A DNA stretch of 64,000 nt from assembly GCA_964550615.1 (NCBI GenBank), contig CAZKAB010000007.1, positions 7-64,006 of the forward strand, given 5' to 3'. Source of the stretch: an uncultured Thermotogae bacterium. Lineage in GTDB: Bacteria > Bipolaricaulota > Bipolaricaulia > UBA7950 > UBA9294. This document shows positions 49,686 through 58,805 of the stretch, one piece after another. Position 1 is the first letter of the stretch. Each line of letters starts with the position of its first letter. Under the pieces are notes generated by a model, which saw nothing but the letters and a program-made list of their open reading frames with translations, had not been told where the DNA came from and did no database searches. The translations under genes and the position numbers were made by a program.

Positions 49686-50910
49686 ATCGCATCGCCTCCA
49701 CAGGCTCGAGTTTCGCTGCTCGTAGCGCCGGATACCAAGCGGCAATGATTGCGATACCTGCCATGGCCGCAGCCGACAGGACTACCTGCGACACGGTTAC
49801 CCGCAGATGCAGAACGCTATTCATTCCGACCGCCTTAGCAAACGCAATCGCCGCGCCCGGAAGAGGAAATCCACCGAACGCTTCAACAATCCAAATCAGT
49901 ATAACACCGCCAAGCGCGCCGTATGCGGCTCCCATTCCGGCAAGAAGCCCGGCTTCGGTGAGAATCATGCGAATTACGCGCCAGCGCGATGCGCCGAGTG
50001 AAATCACCAGTCCCAGCTCCCGCGTTCGCTCCATCACCGACAGATAGAGAGTATTCAGCACCACCAGTCCTCCCAGGGCAAAGAAGATCGCGGCAAAGAT
50101 GAACAGAGCCGGTTTCATGATCCTCATGTACGAAGCGACTTGAGGAGCAAGCTCGCGCCAATCGAGGACTTCGTATTGAGCCGGAAGCTTGTCGCGAAGC
50201 TGCGCCTCCACGTGTTCAATGCGTCCCACATCCCACGGCCCGGTAACGCCTTTGACGCGGACAACGACGGCAGTCGCCGCCGACTGGCTGTTCGCCAATC
50301 GCCGGGCGACAGCAAGCGGCGTTTGGACTACCATCCGCCCCATCTCTGTCGTAGGAGCGTTGTAAATACCTATTACAGGCACCCGCAAAACGCTCAACCC
50401 GGTTTCCGGGTGAGCGCCGAGGATAACTATCTCGCTGCCGACTCCCACCTTGAGAAGTCCGGCGAGTTCTTCTCCAATCACGACACCGTCATCGGTGTTC
50501 TGCAGATACCGCCCGTCCGTAATCAGGCCGCGCATTGGGCTGATTGGATCGATCTCTTCGGGGACGACACCCTGTACGAGGATCGTCTGCGAGCGGTCGC
50601 CCACACTCACCAGAGCTGGCAGATCGAGCCGTATGGTGTCCCATTCGATTCCCTCTGTCTGATCGAGCGCCGCTATTATCTTCGCGGGATCCTGAATCAG
50701 AGGCAGCGCCGCTCCGGCACCCTTTTCCGCAACATGCCTAATTTGGATATGACCGGTATCGATGCGCGTGGCGGTGTCAAACATGTCACGCAGATTTCCG
50801 CCTGCGAATCCAAACATGACCACGAGCGTGTATACCGGAATCAGCACGGCAAGCATTGTAAGGGCGCTCCTGCCAGGGTTTCGTCGCAGATGCCGCAGCG
50901 CAGACTTCAC
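49675..50910 (-). CDS. FtsX-like ABC permease (LolC/E-MacB type)
   Basis: N-terminus LRHLRRNPGRSALT. One TM, a periplasmic domain, then three C-terminal TMs (FtsX fold). Confidence 0.88.
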   Translation of the reverse strand: MKSALRHLRRNPGRSALTMLAVLIPVYTLVVMFGFAGGNLRDMFDTATRIDTGHIQIRHVAEKGAGAALPLIQDPAKIIAALDQTEGIEWDTIRLDLPALVSVGDRSQTILVQGVVPEEIDPISPMRGLITDGRYLQNTDDGVVIGEELAGLLKVGVGSEIVILGAHPETGLSVLRVPVIGIYNAPTTEMGRMVVQTPLAVARRLANSQSAATAVVVRVKGVTGPWDVGRIEHVEAQLRDKLPAQYEVLDWRELAPQVASYMRIMKPALFIFAAIFFALGGLVVLNTLYLSVMERTRELGLVISLGASRWRVIRMILTEAGLLAGMGAAYGALGGVILIWIVEAFGGFPLPGAAIAFAKAVGMNSVLHLRVTVSQVVLSAAAMAGIAIIAAWYPALRAAKLEPVEAMRYVE

Positions 50911-51641
50911 TTCTTCTCCTCCAGTCTGTCGAGCGTGAAGAATGATGGGTCGATTGCAATGTCGAATTCCGGCTTTTCGATTCGCTCGATTGTGCGATCT
51001 CCGGACGCATCTTCGACAATGATCTCCGTCGGGAAGCTGCGGCCGTTGACCATGACGGCCTGCAAGAACGTAGCCGTGCGGAGGACATTGCCACGCTGGT
51101 CGTAGTAGACAATCTCCTCGATCGCATAATCGCCGTCTACGCGAATGTCGAGCCGGCCATAGACGACCGGGGCGGCGGGATGAGGCGTCAGAGTGAGAAG
51201 ATAGCCGCCTTCGGTCGCGGTCGCGACAGCGTCGTAGTCGTCGGACAATGTCCCGCGTGAGAGATCGGCAAGCGAAGGGCCGGCGCCAAACAGCGCATCG
51301 CCAAGCGCCAGTGACGGGAGCTTGATCGTCATGCCGACCGCAGGTGAGTAATACCAGAGATCATCCTTCACCTGCAGATATCCTGCTCCGGCGTCCGCAT
51401 CGGGCGCGATCATGCGGATCAATGAGTAGTCTTCTCCCAACGTCCACACCTCGAGAGTGTGCGACTTGGTCTGTTCGCCCAGTGAGAGCTCGAGCGTCAG
51501 CACGCCGTGAAAGCTGTCTCCCTGCCATGTTGCACGCACTCGATCGATGATCGTCTGTGCATCGGTCGCTGCCGCTTGCGCGGACAACGCCCATAGAGTA
51601 GCGACAACGCCGACTGTCACCGCCATGAGTAAACGCTTCAT
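50907..51641 (-). CDS. LolA-like protein (outer membrane lipoprotein-sorting protein family)
   Basis: Signal peptide MKRLLMAVTVGVVATLWALSAQA. Pattern ...LIRMIAPDADAGAGYLQVKDDLWYYSP... Confidence 0.6.
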   Translation of the reverse strand: MKRLLMAVTVGVVATLWALSAQAAATDAQTIIDRVRATWQGDSFHGVLTLELSLGEQTKSHTLEVWTLGEDYSLIRMIAPDADAGAGYLQVKDDLWYYSPAVGMTIKLPSLALGDALFGAGPSLADLSRGTLSDDYDAVATATEGGYLLTLTPHPAAPVVYGRLDIRVDGDYAIEEIVYYDQRGNVLRTATFLQAVMVNGRSFPTEIIVEDASGDRTIERIEKPEFDIAIDPSFFTLDRLEEKK

Positions 51642-51686
51642 GTCACTCTCCTCCTCAAGATCGTCACGTGCCACACTACACGAGTA

Positions 51687-52907
51687 TTATCCTTCGCGGA
51701 TCGCGGTCACCGGCTCGAGACGGTTCACTCGTCGCGCCGGATACCAAGCAGCAACCAACGCCGTAAACACGACGACGGAGAACGCCGCCACCCAATACCA
51801 GCCGGATGTCGACGCGTAGATCACGGCCGGCATTCCCAGCTCGCCGGCAAATGAACCGAGAAGACGTCCGAAATCGAGACCAACGCGAGAAAGGTACACC
51901 AGCCCAACATATCCGATGCTTCCACCGGCGATGAAGCCAATGGCGGAGACGAATATCGATTCCAGCAGCACCACCCAAGCGAGTTGTCGCCTGCTCATCC
52001 CTACTGCCGCCATCATGCCGAACTCCCGCGTTCGTTCGAGAACCGAGTAGAACGTCGTATTGGCGACGCCAAAGCCAACCAAGAGCGAAATCATGATCAC
52101 AAACGGGAGCATCTTGATGACACTTCCCTGAATGATAAGACGCACCATCGGATTGAGATCATAATAGTCTGCAACCTCGATCCCTGCCCCGATACGTTCG
52201 CGCACCCGGCCGATAACCCCCGCAGCCGATGTGCCTGCAGGCAGACTCACGGCAATCGCAGTTGCGCCATCCCAACCGGCAAGGACGCGGGCGTCATCGA
52301 TCGAAATGAGTACGGTCCGGTTCAGGTCGGCAAGTGCCGACGAAAAGAACCCGACGGCAACGAACGCCTGCGATGTCGTCCCATCCTTCCCTTGAGCGAG
52401 GAGGACCACTCGCTCTCCCAAACGCACGTCAAGCCGCGTCGCGGTTTCCACGCTCAACAGAATCTCTCCCCTGCCGGCAAGGTATCGGCCCGCAGTTAGG
52501 GTGTTTTGCAGCGTTGTCACCAACTGTTCATTGACCGGATCTACGCCACGAATCGCCACGCCATCTGTTCCATACGCACTGCGGAGCATCCCTAGGGTCT
52601 CCAGCCGTGGAGAAGCCGCGCTGACATGGAGTTGGCTAAGTATCGCCATGGATGTGCCGATCTGCGGCGGCGTCAGCCCGTTTTCGGGAATCGGATCATC
52701 GGCATAGCCGACTTCGCGCAGCTGAAAGCTCCCCTGATTCTGCATCACCTGTGCCCGACTCATCGAACCAAAGAAGCCATCGGTGATCCCCCACATAATG
52801 AGGATGACCAGGCTTCCGAATGCAACCACCACAATCATCAACAACGTTCGTTGCGGATGTCGCCACAGATTGCGCCAAGCAAGACGAAGGTTCAGCGTAC
52901 TCATCAT
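51687..52907 (-). CDS. FtsX-like ABC permease (second, distinct paralogue)
   Basis: MMSTLNLRLAWRNLWRHPQRT start after an AAGGAGAG SD. Same 1+3 TM architecture as the first permease. Confidence 0.88.
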   Translation of the reverse strand: MMSTLNLRLAWRNLWRHPQRTLLMIVVVAFGSLVILIMWGITDGFFGSMSRAQVMQNQGSFQLREVGYADDPIPENGLTPPQIGTSMAILSQLHVSAASPRLETLGMLRSAYGTDGVAIRGVDPVNEQLVTTLQNTLTAGRYLAGRGEILLSVETATRLDVRLGERVVLLAQGKDGTTSQAFVAVGFFSSALADLNRTVLISIDDARVLAGWDGATAIAVSLPAGTSAAGVIGRVRERIGAGIEVADYYDLNPMVRLIIQGSVIKMLPFVIMISLLVGFGVANTTFYSVLERTREFGMMAAVGMSRRQLAWVVLLESIFVSAIGFIAGGSIGYVGLVYLSRVGLDFGRLLGSFAGELGMPAVIYASTSGWYWVAAFSVVVFTALVAAWYPARRVNRLEPVTAIREG

Positions 52908-53524
52908 CTCTCCTTGTCCGCCGAACAGGTAAGGCCATCGGCGATCACCTGCGGCGCGAGTTCGATCATTGCCTTGTGCAACTCCTCCGGTAGCCGATCG
53001 CGATTGAACGCAATCAGCTTGATCAAGCCGATGCAATAGACTATCTGCTGCGGGTCACCCGGAATGATTTCTCCCTTTGCCTGAGCCTCTTCGATCCGTC
53101 GTGTGATCGGCGCATACAGTTCCACCGCACGCTGCAGGACATCTTCGAAATCTATCGCCCCGGCAAGTCGCCCCAACTGGCTCGGATCATCGAGCAAGAG
53201 ACGGGCGAACGCATTTGTCTCGATCTCACGCACGATGCCTTTGGCCAGAAGAACTAGCGCGTCACGCGCGTTGTCCGATGCTCCGAACGATCCATCGAGC
53301 AGCCGCGCCACCATCGCCGGCATTTCGGCCATCAACAACTCGGCGTACAGGCTCTCCTTGCTATCGAAGAACAGGTAGAAACTTGACTTGGCTATCCCCG
53401 CCGACTTCACCAGGTCCTCGATTGTCGTTTTTCGCAACCCATAGCGGGCAAAACATGAATGCCCGGCGTCAAGTAGCCGGTCTTGAATCCGTGTTTTCTC
53501 TTGTTCCGTAAACGCTCTTGGCAT
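52904..53524 (-). CDS. TetR/AcrR family transcriptional regulator
   Basis: HTH region GLRKTTIEDLVKSAGIAKSSFYLFFDSKESLY. Start MPRAFTEQEK. Confidence 0.9.
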   Translation of the reverse strand: MPRAFTEQEKTRIQDRLLDAGHSCFARYGLRKTTIEDLVKSAGIAKSSFYLFFDSKESLYAELLMAEMPAMVARLLDGSFGASDNARDALVLLAKGIVREIETNAFARLLLDDPSQLGRLAGAIDFEDVLQRAVELYAPITRRIEEAQAKGEIIPGDPQQIVYCIGLIKLIAFNRDRLPEELHKAMIELAPQVIADGLTCSADKER

Positions 53525-53734
53525 GTGTGATCCTATGACTCTACGATGTTTATATTCACAGAGTATACAAGCGCAGATCGAGATGTCAAGTATTTCGATC
53601 GATGTCGCGAAACGGAAGATCTCACGAAGGCAAGCACCGACAAACGGCCATACACAGTGCGTTTGACGTTCGGCGCTTGGCATGCCCGTGGCATGGTATA
53701 TAATCTAGGCCACGCCAATCGGGAGGTGGAAGGC

Positions 53735-54445
53735 ATGGAATACTCACCCGCTCTTGCTATTGCTACCGCACTGTTCGAAATCACCGTCGCTTTGTGGGCG
53801 TTTGTTGGATCGGGCGAGAGGTTCATAATTCGTACTACAAGCCTCATCTTGGTTCTCTTGGCGGGTTACCAGCTCACCGAGGTGGGGATATGCGCCAATA
53901 CCGCGGCAGCCGGCTTTCTGCCTAGACTTGCGTTCATCATCGTTACGTGGCTTCCTCCGCTCGGTCTGCTCTTGATCGCTGGATTACACCGGCCACGTTC
54001 CCGATTGATGGACGGAACAGCAACCACAATGCTGGCGGCGGCTCTTGCGATTGTCGCGTGGATCGCCATCGACAGATCGTTTGTGCACGCTTCCGTCTGC
54101 TCCGCCGTGTTCGCGCGCTACACGTCCATCATGCCAAGATTCATGGTCTACTCGGGCTTCTATTGGGCGGGATTGTTGGGCATGATCCTGTTCTCCGGAT
54201 ACGGGGCGCGGACGTGCGTCGACCAACATCGACGCCGCATGCTGCGCTATGTCTTCATGGGAACGCTGGCGTTCGTGCTCCCATCGCTTGCCGTCTCATG
54301 GTATGTTCCACCTACAGAGGGCGCGCTCCCATCGATCATGTGCCATTTTGCACTGTTGCTCGCCATCTCCCTCACCCGCATGATCTACGTTGAGCGAAAG
54401 GAAACCGAGGAGCAAGACACGTCGCCGGCCACCCAGCCAGGATAG
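53735..54445 (+). CDS. Hypothetical polytopic (~7 TM) membrane protein
   Basis: ATG after a GGGAGG SD. Hydrophobic helices throughout. Divergent from the TetR gene. TATAAT box at about 53698. Confidence 0.6.
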   Translation: MEYSPALAIATALFEITVALWAFVGSGERFIIRTTSLILVLLAGYQLTEVGICANTAAAGFLPRLAFIIVTWLPPLGLLLIAGLHRPRSRLMDGTATTMLAAALAIVAWIAIDRSFVHASVCSAVFARYTSIMPRFMVYSGFYWAGLLGMILFSGYGARTCVDQHRRRMLRYVFMGTLAFVLPSLAVSWYVPPTEGALPSIMCHFALLLAISLTRMIYVERKETEEQDTSPATQPG

Positions 54446-54473
54446 CGCCACTGATCAATCGTCAGACAACGCG

Positions 54474-54501
54474 GGCAAGGGCAACTGAATCGACCCTTGC
54501 C
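54474..54501. terminator. Hairpin between convergent genes
   Basis: ggcaaggg-12 nt-cccttgcc, an 8-bp perfect stem. Confidence 0.4.
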
Positions 54502-54518
54502 TGGGCCCCATCCACTCC

Positions 54519-55655
54519 TCATTCGCGCGCGCTCTGACGTAGGATGAGGCTGGCGGTAACAATCGTTAAAAGAACGAACACAAGCACGCCGGCAAAACCG
54601 ACCGGCTCCTGCCACGGGGCCAACCCCTTAACCATCACCGCCCGCAGCAACCGGTTCGAGTAGGTAAGCGGCACGATGTAAGACAGCGGCCTCAGCAGCC
54701 ACGGTATCGCCTGTAGCGGCCACATCATTCCCGACAGTAGCACGGATGGCAGCAGCACGAGGGGGAAGAATAGGATTGCCTGCGATTCCGTCTGCGCGAG
54801 CGAAGAAAGGAGCGTTCCCAGACCCACATTTCCGATTGCGAACAAGATCACGGAGGCGAACGCCCAGAAAAGCGATCCGTTGATCACTACGTCGAACACA
54901 ACCTTTCCGATAACAAGGACCAACACCGATTGTGCAAGTGCGACAAGGCCGAAAGCGGCTATATAGCCAAGGATGAACTCCCCCCGCCGTACCGGAGAGA
55001 CCCAAATCCGGGCAAACGTGCCGTCCACCTTCTCCTTGACGACCGAGAGAAGCGTGAGCACGGTACACAGGAAGGCGACGACAAGCCCCATGATCGCGGG
55101 GGCGAAACTGTCGATGAACCGAATCGATACGCCATACAGTTCGCATGTCTCGATCTTTATCGGCCCTCCTTCGCCCAGATCCATCACCGCATTGGCCAGC
55201 CCCATCTGCACCGCCGCTGCGATCTGCGGATCGGATTCATCCAACGCAAGATCGATCACGCCTTGCGCAGACGTCGCCACCCCCATCGCAAAGTGGGCGT
55301 AGTACAGGCTGGTGAACTTGTCCGGGAAACGGACCACGGCCTGGTACCCATTGTGCAACAGCAGGTCTTCAGGGCTCTTAGTGTCTTGCGAGAGAGTCGT
55401 GACATGGAACGTATCATCCGCCTGTAGATTGTCGATAATCGACGCCGTCAGGTCCGTCTGATCGTCGTCGATGACTGCAAGGCGTACCCCTTGAATATTC
55501 CCGGAGAACGAGTATCCGAACAGAATCATCGCCAGCGTCGGCACGGCAAACATGAACAGGACTACCCGCTTGTCGTGCCATATCTGGCGCAGCACCCGCG
55601 AAGCGACTGCGCCGATTCTGATCATCGTTTGCGGTACTCGTTTTGCCGCTCTCAT
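54519..55655 (-). CDS. ABC-2 type transporter permease
   Basis: 378 aa. N-terminal TM, a large extracytoplasmic loop, then five C-terminal TMs. 4-nt overlap with its ATPase. Confidence 0.85.
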   Translation of the reverse strand: MRAAKRVPQTMIRIGAVASRVLRQIWHDKRVVLFMFAVPTLAMILFGYSFSGNIQGVRLAVIDDDQTDLTASIIDNLQADDTFHVTTLSQDTKSPEDLLLHNGYQAVVRFPDKFTSLYYAHFAMGVATSAQGVIDLALDESDPQIAAAVQMGLANAVMDLGEGGPIKIETCELYGVSIRFIDSFAPAIMGLVVAFLCTVLTLLSVVKEKVDGTFARIWVSPVRRGEFILGYIAAFGLVALAQSVLVLVIGKVVFDVVINGSLFWAFASVILFAIGNVGLGTLLSSLAQTESQAILFFPLVLLPSVLLSGMMWPLQAIPWLLRPLSYIVPLTYSNRLLRAVMVKGLAPWQEPVGFAGVLVFVLLTIVTASLILRQSARE

Positions 55656-56422
55656 TTCGCGCCCTCCGTATCCGCTGCCGGCGCATCGCTCCCCGTAACA
55701 TAGATGAATACCTGCTCCATCGATGGTTCACCGCCGTCGCGCGGCACGCGCGCCTTCAGTTCAGCCGGCGTTCCTTCTGCGATCATCCTTCCCAGTTTCA
55801 TCATCCCCACCCGATCACAGCGTTCGGCCTCTTCCAAGTAGTGGGTCGTCAACAGGATCGTACGCCCACGCCGGTTCAGCGCATGAAAATGATCCCAAAA
55901 CTGGATCCTAAGCGCCGGATCGAGGCCGATGGTCGGCTCATCGAGAAGCAACAGCTCAGGATCGTGAAGCAATGCACACGCAAGGGAAAGTCTCTGCTTT
56001 TCACCTCCGCTCAGCTGATCGGCGCGCTGTCTGCGCAATTCGGACATTCGCATCATCGGCAGGAGTTCATCGATGCGCCCACTGATCGTGCCCGGCAACA
56101 CGCCATAGATGCGCCCGAAGAATCTCAGATTCTCCGCCACCGTAAGGTCGCGGTAGACGGCGTGCTCCTGCGGCATGTAACCGACGCGCGCTTCCACTGC
56201 CCGTTTCTTCTTGGGAATCGCGCTTCCAAACACCGACGCCGTCCCCGCAGTCGGTCGCGTAAGTCCGCATAACATGCGGATCAACGTTGTCTTCCCAGCC
56301 CCACTCGGACCGACAAGACCGTAGATCTCGCCTTGTGATACCTGAAGGTCAACCCGGTCCACGGCCTGACGTATACCGAACTGCTTGGCAATCCCATGAG
56401 TCTCGATTACGGCGCTAGCCAT
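55652..56422 (-). CDS. ABC transporter ATP-binding protein (DrrA/CcmA type)
   Basis: Start MASAVIETHGIAKQFG. Walker A GPSGAGKTT, signature LSGGEKQRLSLA, Walker B LLLLDEPT. Confidence 0.92.
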   Translation of the reverse strand: MASAVIETHGIAKQFGIRQAVDRVDLQVSQGEIYGLVGPSGAGKTTLIRMLCGLTRPTAGTASVFGSAIPKKKRAVEARVGYMPQEHAVYRDLTVAENLRFFGRIYGVLPGTISGRIDELLPMMRMSELRRQRADQLSGGEKQRLSLACALLHDPELLLLDEPTIGLDPALRIQFWDHFHALNRRGRTILLTTHYLEEAERCDRVGMMKLGRMIAEGTPAELKARVPRDGGEPSMEQVFIYVTGSDAPAADTEGAK

Positions 56423-57197
56423 CGCTATCCTCCGGAACCGTAAACGCCGTCTCCGAAACACCACTGTTGAGCACAATCTTGGAGTAGGTGACGACGTTCT
56501 GCAGCACTCCATCCGAGTCATAAGTCTCGACCCTGAGAGGCATGGTAACAATGTCATCTACTTTCGTCGTATCGAGAAAACGCGCATCCACGAGGAAATT
56601 CCCGTCGACATCGTGCAGTGTGCGTCGAACCGGCACAAACGTGCTTCGATCGACCCACATGTCGATTCGCCCGTAGGTTGCTCCCTCATCGGCCGGTGTA
56701 CCGCTAATGTGATACGCATCACCTTCGGAGTCATCGTCGACGCGGACGAACGTGTAGTCGTCCAGTTCACTGCGTACACCGGTCAAGATGTCGCGAAACA
56801 TTACCCACGGCTGCTGGGCCGGAGACATTGTGGACAGATCCTTCTTTATCCACTGATCGGTTACCGCGATATATATCCACATCGTGTCTCCAACAATTAC
56901 CGTCGCGTTCCCGGCCAAATAATCGGGACTCAGATATTGCTGACGCATCTTGTTCGGTTGCTGGAGGATAAGTTCCATCGATTGTGTAAGTGAAACGGCG
57001 CCGTCCTTGTACGTTTCCAGAGTGATCGTGGCCGTCATGTCCTCAATCTTTGCGGTGTTCGCCCTCATCTGATCGATGATCTCATCGGCGGTGAGAGAAG
57101 CCGCCGTTCCCACAACGGCACTGGCAAGCCAAATGACGAGCGCCAGGCAAATGGCCGGCACCATAACCGTACGCGTATGCACAATGCCTTTTCTCAT
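56415..57197 (-). CDS. LolA-like protein (outer membrane lipoprotein-sorting / RseB-like fold)
   Basis: Signal/anchor sequence. LTADEIIDQMRAN...KMRQQYLSPDYLAGNATVIVGDTMWIY pattern. Confidence 0.6.
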   Translation of the reverse strand: MRKGIVHTRTVMVPAICLALVIWLASAVVGTAASLTADEIIDQMRANTAKIEDMTATITLETYKDGAVSLTQSMELILQQPNKMRQQYLSPDYLAGNATVIVGDTMWIYIAVTDQWIKKDLSTMSPAQQPWVMFRDILTGVRSELDDYTFVRVDDDSEGDAYHISGTPADEGATYGRIDMWVDRSTFVPVRRTLHDVDGNFLVDARFLDTTKVDDIVTMPLRVETYDSDGVLQNVVTYSKIVLNSGVSETAFTVPEDSDG

Positions 57198-57793
57198 GAT
57201 TTCTCCTTCTCTTCGACGTATTTCTTGCCCTCATCAGTCAGCAATCCGTGGTAGTAAATGAGCGTGATTGTTCGCATGAGTTCCGGAAGCGTGTATCCCG
57301 TTTGGAAGAGCGTCTTCGGATTCAGCACCTCGCCCACGGTTGCAAGAAGCATCAGCATCCATTGTTCGGGGTCTATATCGCTTCGGATGTAGCCCTTTTC
57401 TTGCACCTGAACGAGCAATCGTTTCATCCGCTGTAGCCGTTCTCTGCGCAGATCATCGATCTTCGCCCACAACACGGAATCCACGTTTTCAATCTGCGAT
57501 ATCAGATTCGCCTGGATTCGCGGCACAAACTCGCTCAGGAACCGGAGCGAGACGAGGAGTTTCTCCATGGCGGATTCTTCCCCCTTCTCCAATCGATCCC
57601 ACTGGGCAATCCCTTCTGCAATGAACGAGAAGATGATCGCCTCCAGAAGCTCGTCCTTGTTGGGGAAGATCGCATAGAGCGTATTCTTGCTTATCCGCGC
57701 TTCTTTAGCGATCAAGGCGGTGGTTACGGCGCGATACCCTCGCTCGAGCAAGATGCTTGTGCCGACGTTCAGTATGCGTTCTCTCGTATTCAT
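57194..57793 (-). CDS. TetR/AcrR family transcriptional regulator
   Basis: HTH region GYRAVTTALIAKEARISKNTLYAIFPNKDELL. Start MNTRERIL. Confidence 0.9.
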   Translation of the reverse strand: MNTRERILNVGTSILLERGYRAVTTALIAKEARISKNTLYAIFPNKDELLEAIIFSFIAEGIAQWDRLEKGEESAMEKLLVSLRFLSEFVPRIQANLISQIENVDSVLWAKIDDLRRERLQRMKRLLVQVQEKGYIRSDIDPEQWMLMLLATVGEVLNPKTLFQTGYTLPELMRTITLIYYHGLLTDEGKKYVEEKEKS

Positions 57794-57819
57794 AAGCGTC
57801 TTCTCTGTCTGAGACTCAT

Positions 57820-57845
57820 AGTACCGTTGTCGTACGTACGGTACT
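57820..57845. promoter_or_regulatory. Candidate TetR operator palindrome
   Basis: agtaccgt-N10-acggtact, with perfect 8-bp arms. It lies 27 nt upstream of the TetR start at 57793. Confidence 0.45.
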
Positions 57846-57938
57846 CTAACCAATCACCCCGCCCGTGTCAAGCCCACGATTGGATGGACGGCGAACCGCG
57901 CGTGCAAAGGGTATAATCCAAAGGGAGAGAGGTGAAGA

Positions 57939-58787
57939 ATGCCTGAATTGCCAGATCTTGAGACGTTGAAAGACGCACTCGCCCGCAGGGTTACACACCG
58001 CCCGATCGCCGACGCGCGCGCCCACAGACCCGGCATTCTGAAGACGGTCTCGCCGACGCTTGACGCCTTGCGCGGCAGGGCGTTCACCGCGATCGAACGA
58101 TCCGGAAAACACCTCATCTTCACGCTCGCGCCCGATCTGCATCTCGTAACTCACTTGATGCTCGCCGGTCGATTTGTCCTGTGCAAGAGCCAGACCAAAC
58201 CCACCAAGGCAACCGGGCTCGTCATCACGTTCGCAGACGGTGAAGACCTCCGCCTGATCGAGAACGGGTCTATCAAGCTCGTCAAGGTATATGTGGTGGA
58301 AGATCCCAAATCGATTGAGGGGATTGCCTCTGCCGGTCTCGAACCGCTGTCTCCGGCATTCACACCGGACGTGCTAAGGCAGCTGACGCTTGGGCAACGC
58401 CGACAGGCAAAGAAGCTCCTCACAGATCAGCAAAAAATCGTAGGCATCGGGACTGCATACGCCGATGAGATTCTGTTTCGCGCCCGCATCTCGCCCGTCC
58501 GCTATGTGAGCACACTCACCGAGGACGAGCTTCTCACCCTTCATCATGCCGTTCGAGACGTATTGAACGAGGCGATCGGCCAGATCCGGGATAGCATAGG
58601 CGACAGCCTATTCACCGACGAGATACGGGACTTTCTCAGAGTTCACAAGCACACAGGCGATCCTTGCCCGATCTGCGGTGAAAAGATCGCCGAGATCAGA
58701 TACGCCAACACCCGCACCTACTACTGCCCCATTTGCCAAGCACATGGGAAATCGATCCGCGACCGCCGCAGCTGGCTTACCCGCTAA
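57939..58787 (+). CDS. Formamidopyrimidine-DNA glycosylase / endonuclease VIII family (Fpg/Nei)
   Basis: N-terminal MPELPDLE (catalytic Pro2/Glu3), an H2TH region, and a C-terminal zinc finger CPICGEKI...YYCPICQ. TATAAT box at 57912-57917. Confidence 0.9.
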   Translation: MPELPDLETLKDALARRVTHRPIADARAHRPGILKTVSPTLDALRGRAFTAIERSGKHLIFTLAPDLHLVTHLMLAGRFVLCKSQTKPTKATGLVITFADGEDLRLIENGSIKLVKVYVVEDPKSIEGIASAGLEPLSPAFTPDVLRQLTLGQRRQAKKLLTDQQKIVGIGTAYADEILFRARISPVRYVSTLTEDELLTLHHAVRDVLNEAIGQIRDSIGDSLFTDEIRDFLRVHKHTGDPCPICGEKIAEIRYANTRTYYCPICQAHGKSIRDRRSWLTR

Positions 58788-58805
58788 GGCAAGGCCTTCC
58801 CAGAT

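Noticed and set aside
50140-51105. 321-aa plus-strand ORF
   Set aside because: It is antisense to the FtsX permease and LolA-like genes, and its product is Arg-rich and low-complexity.
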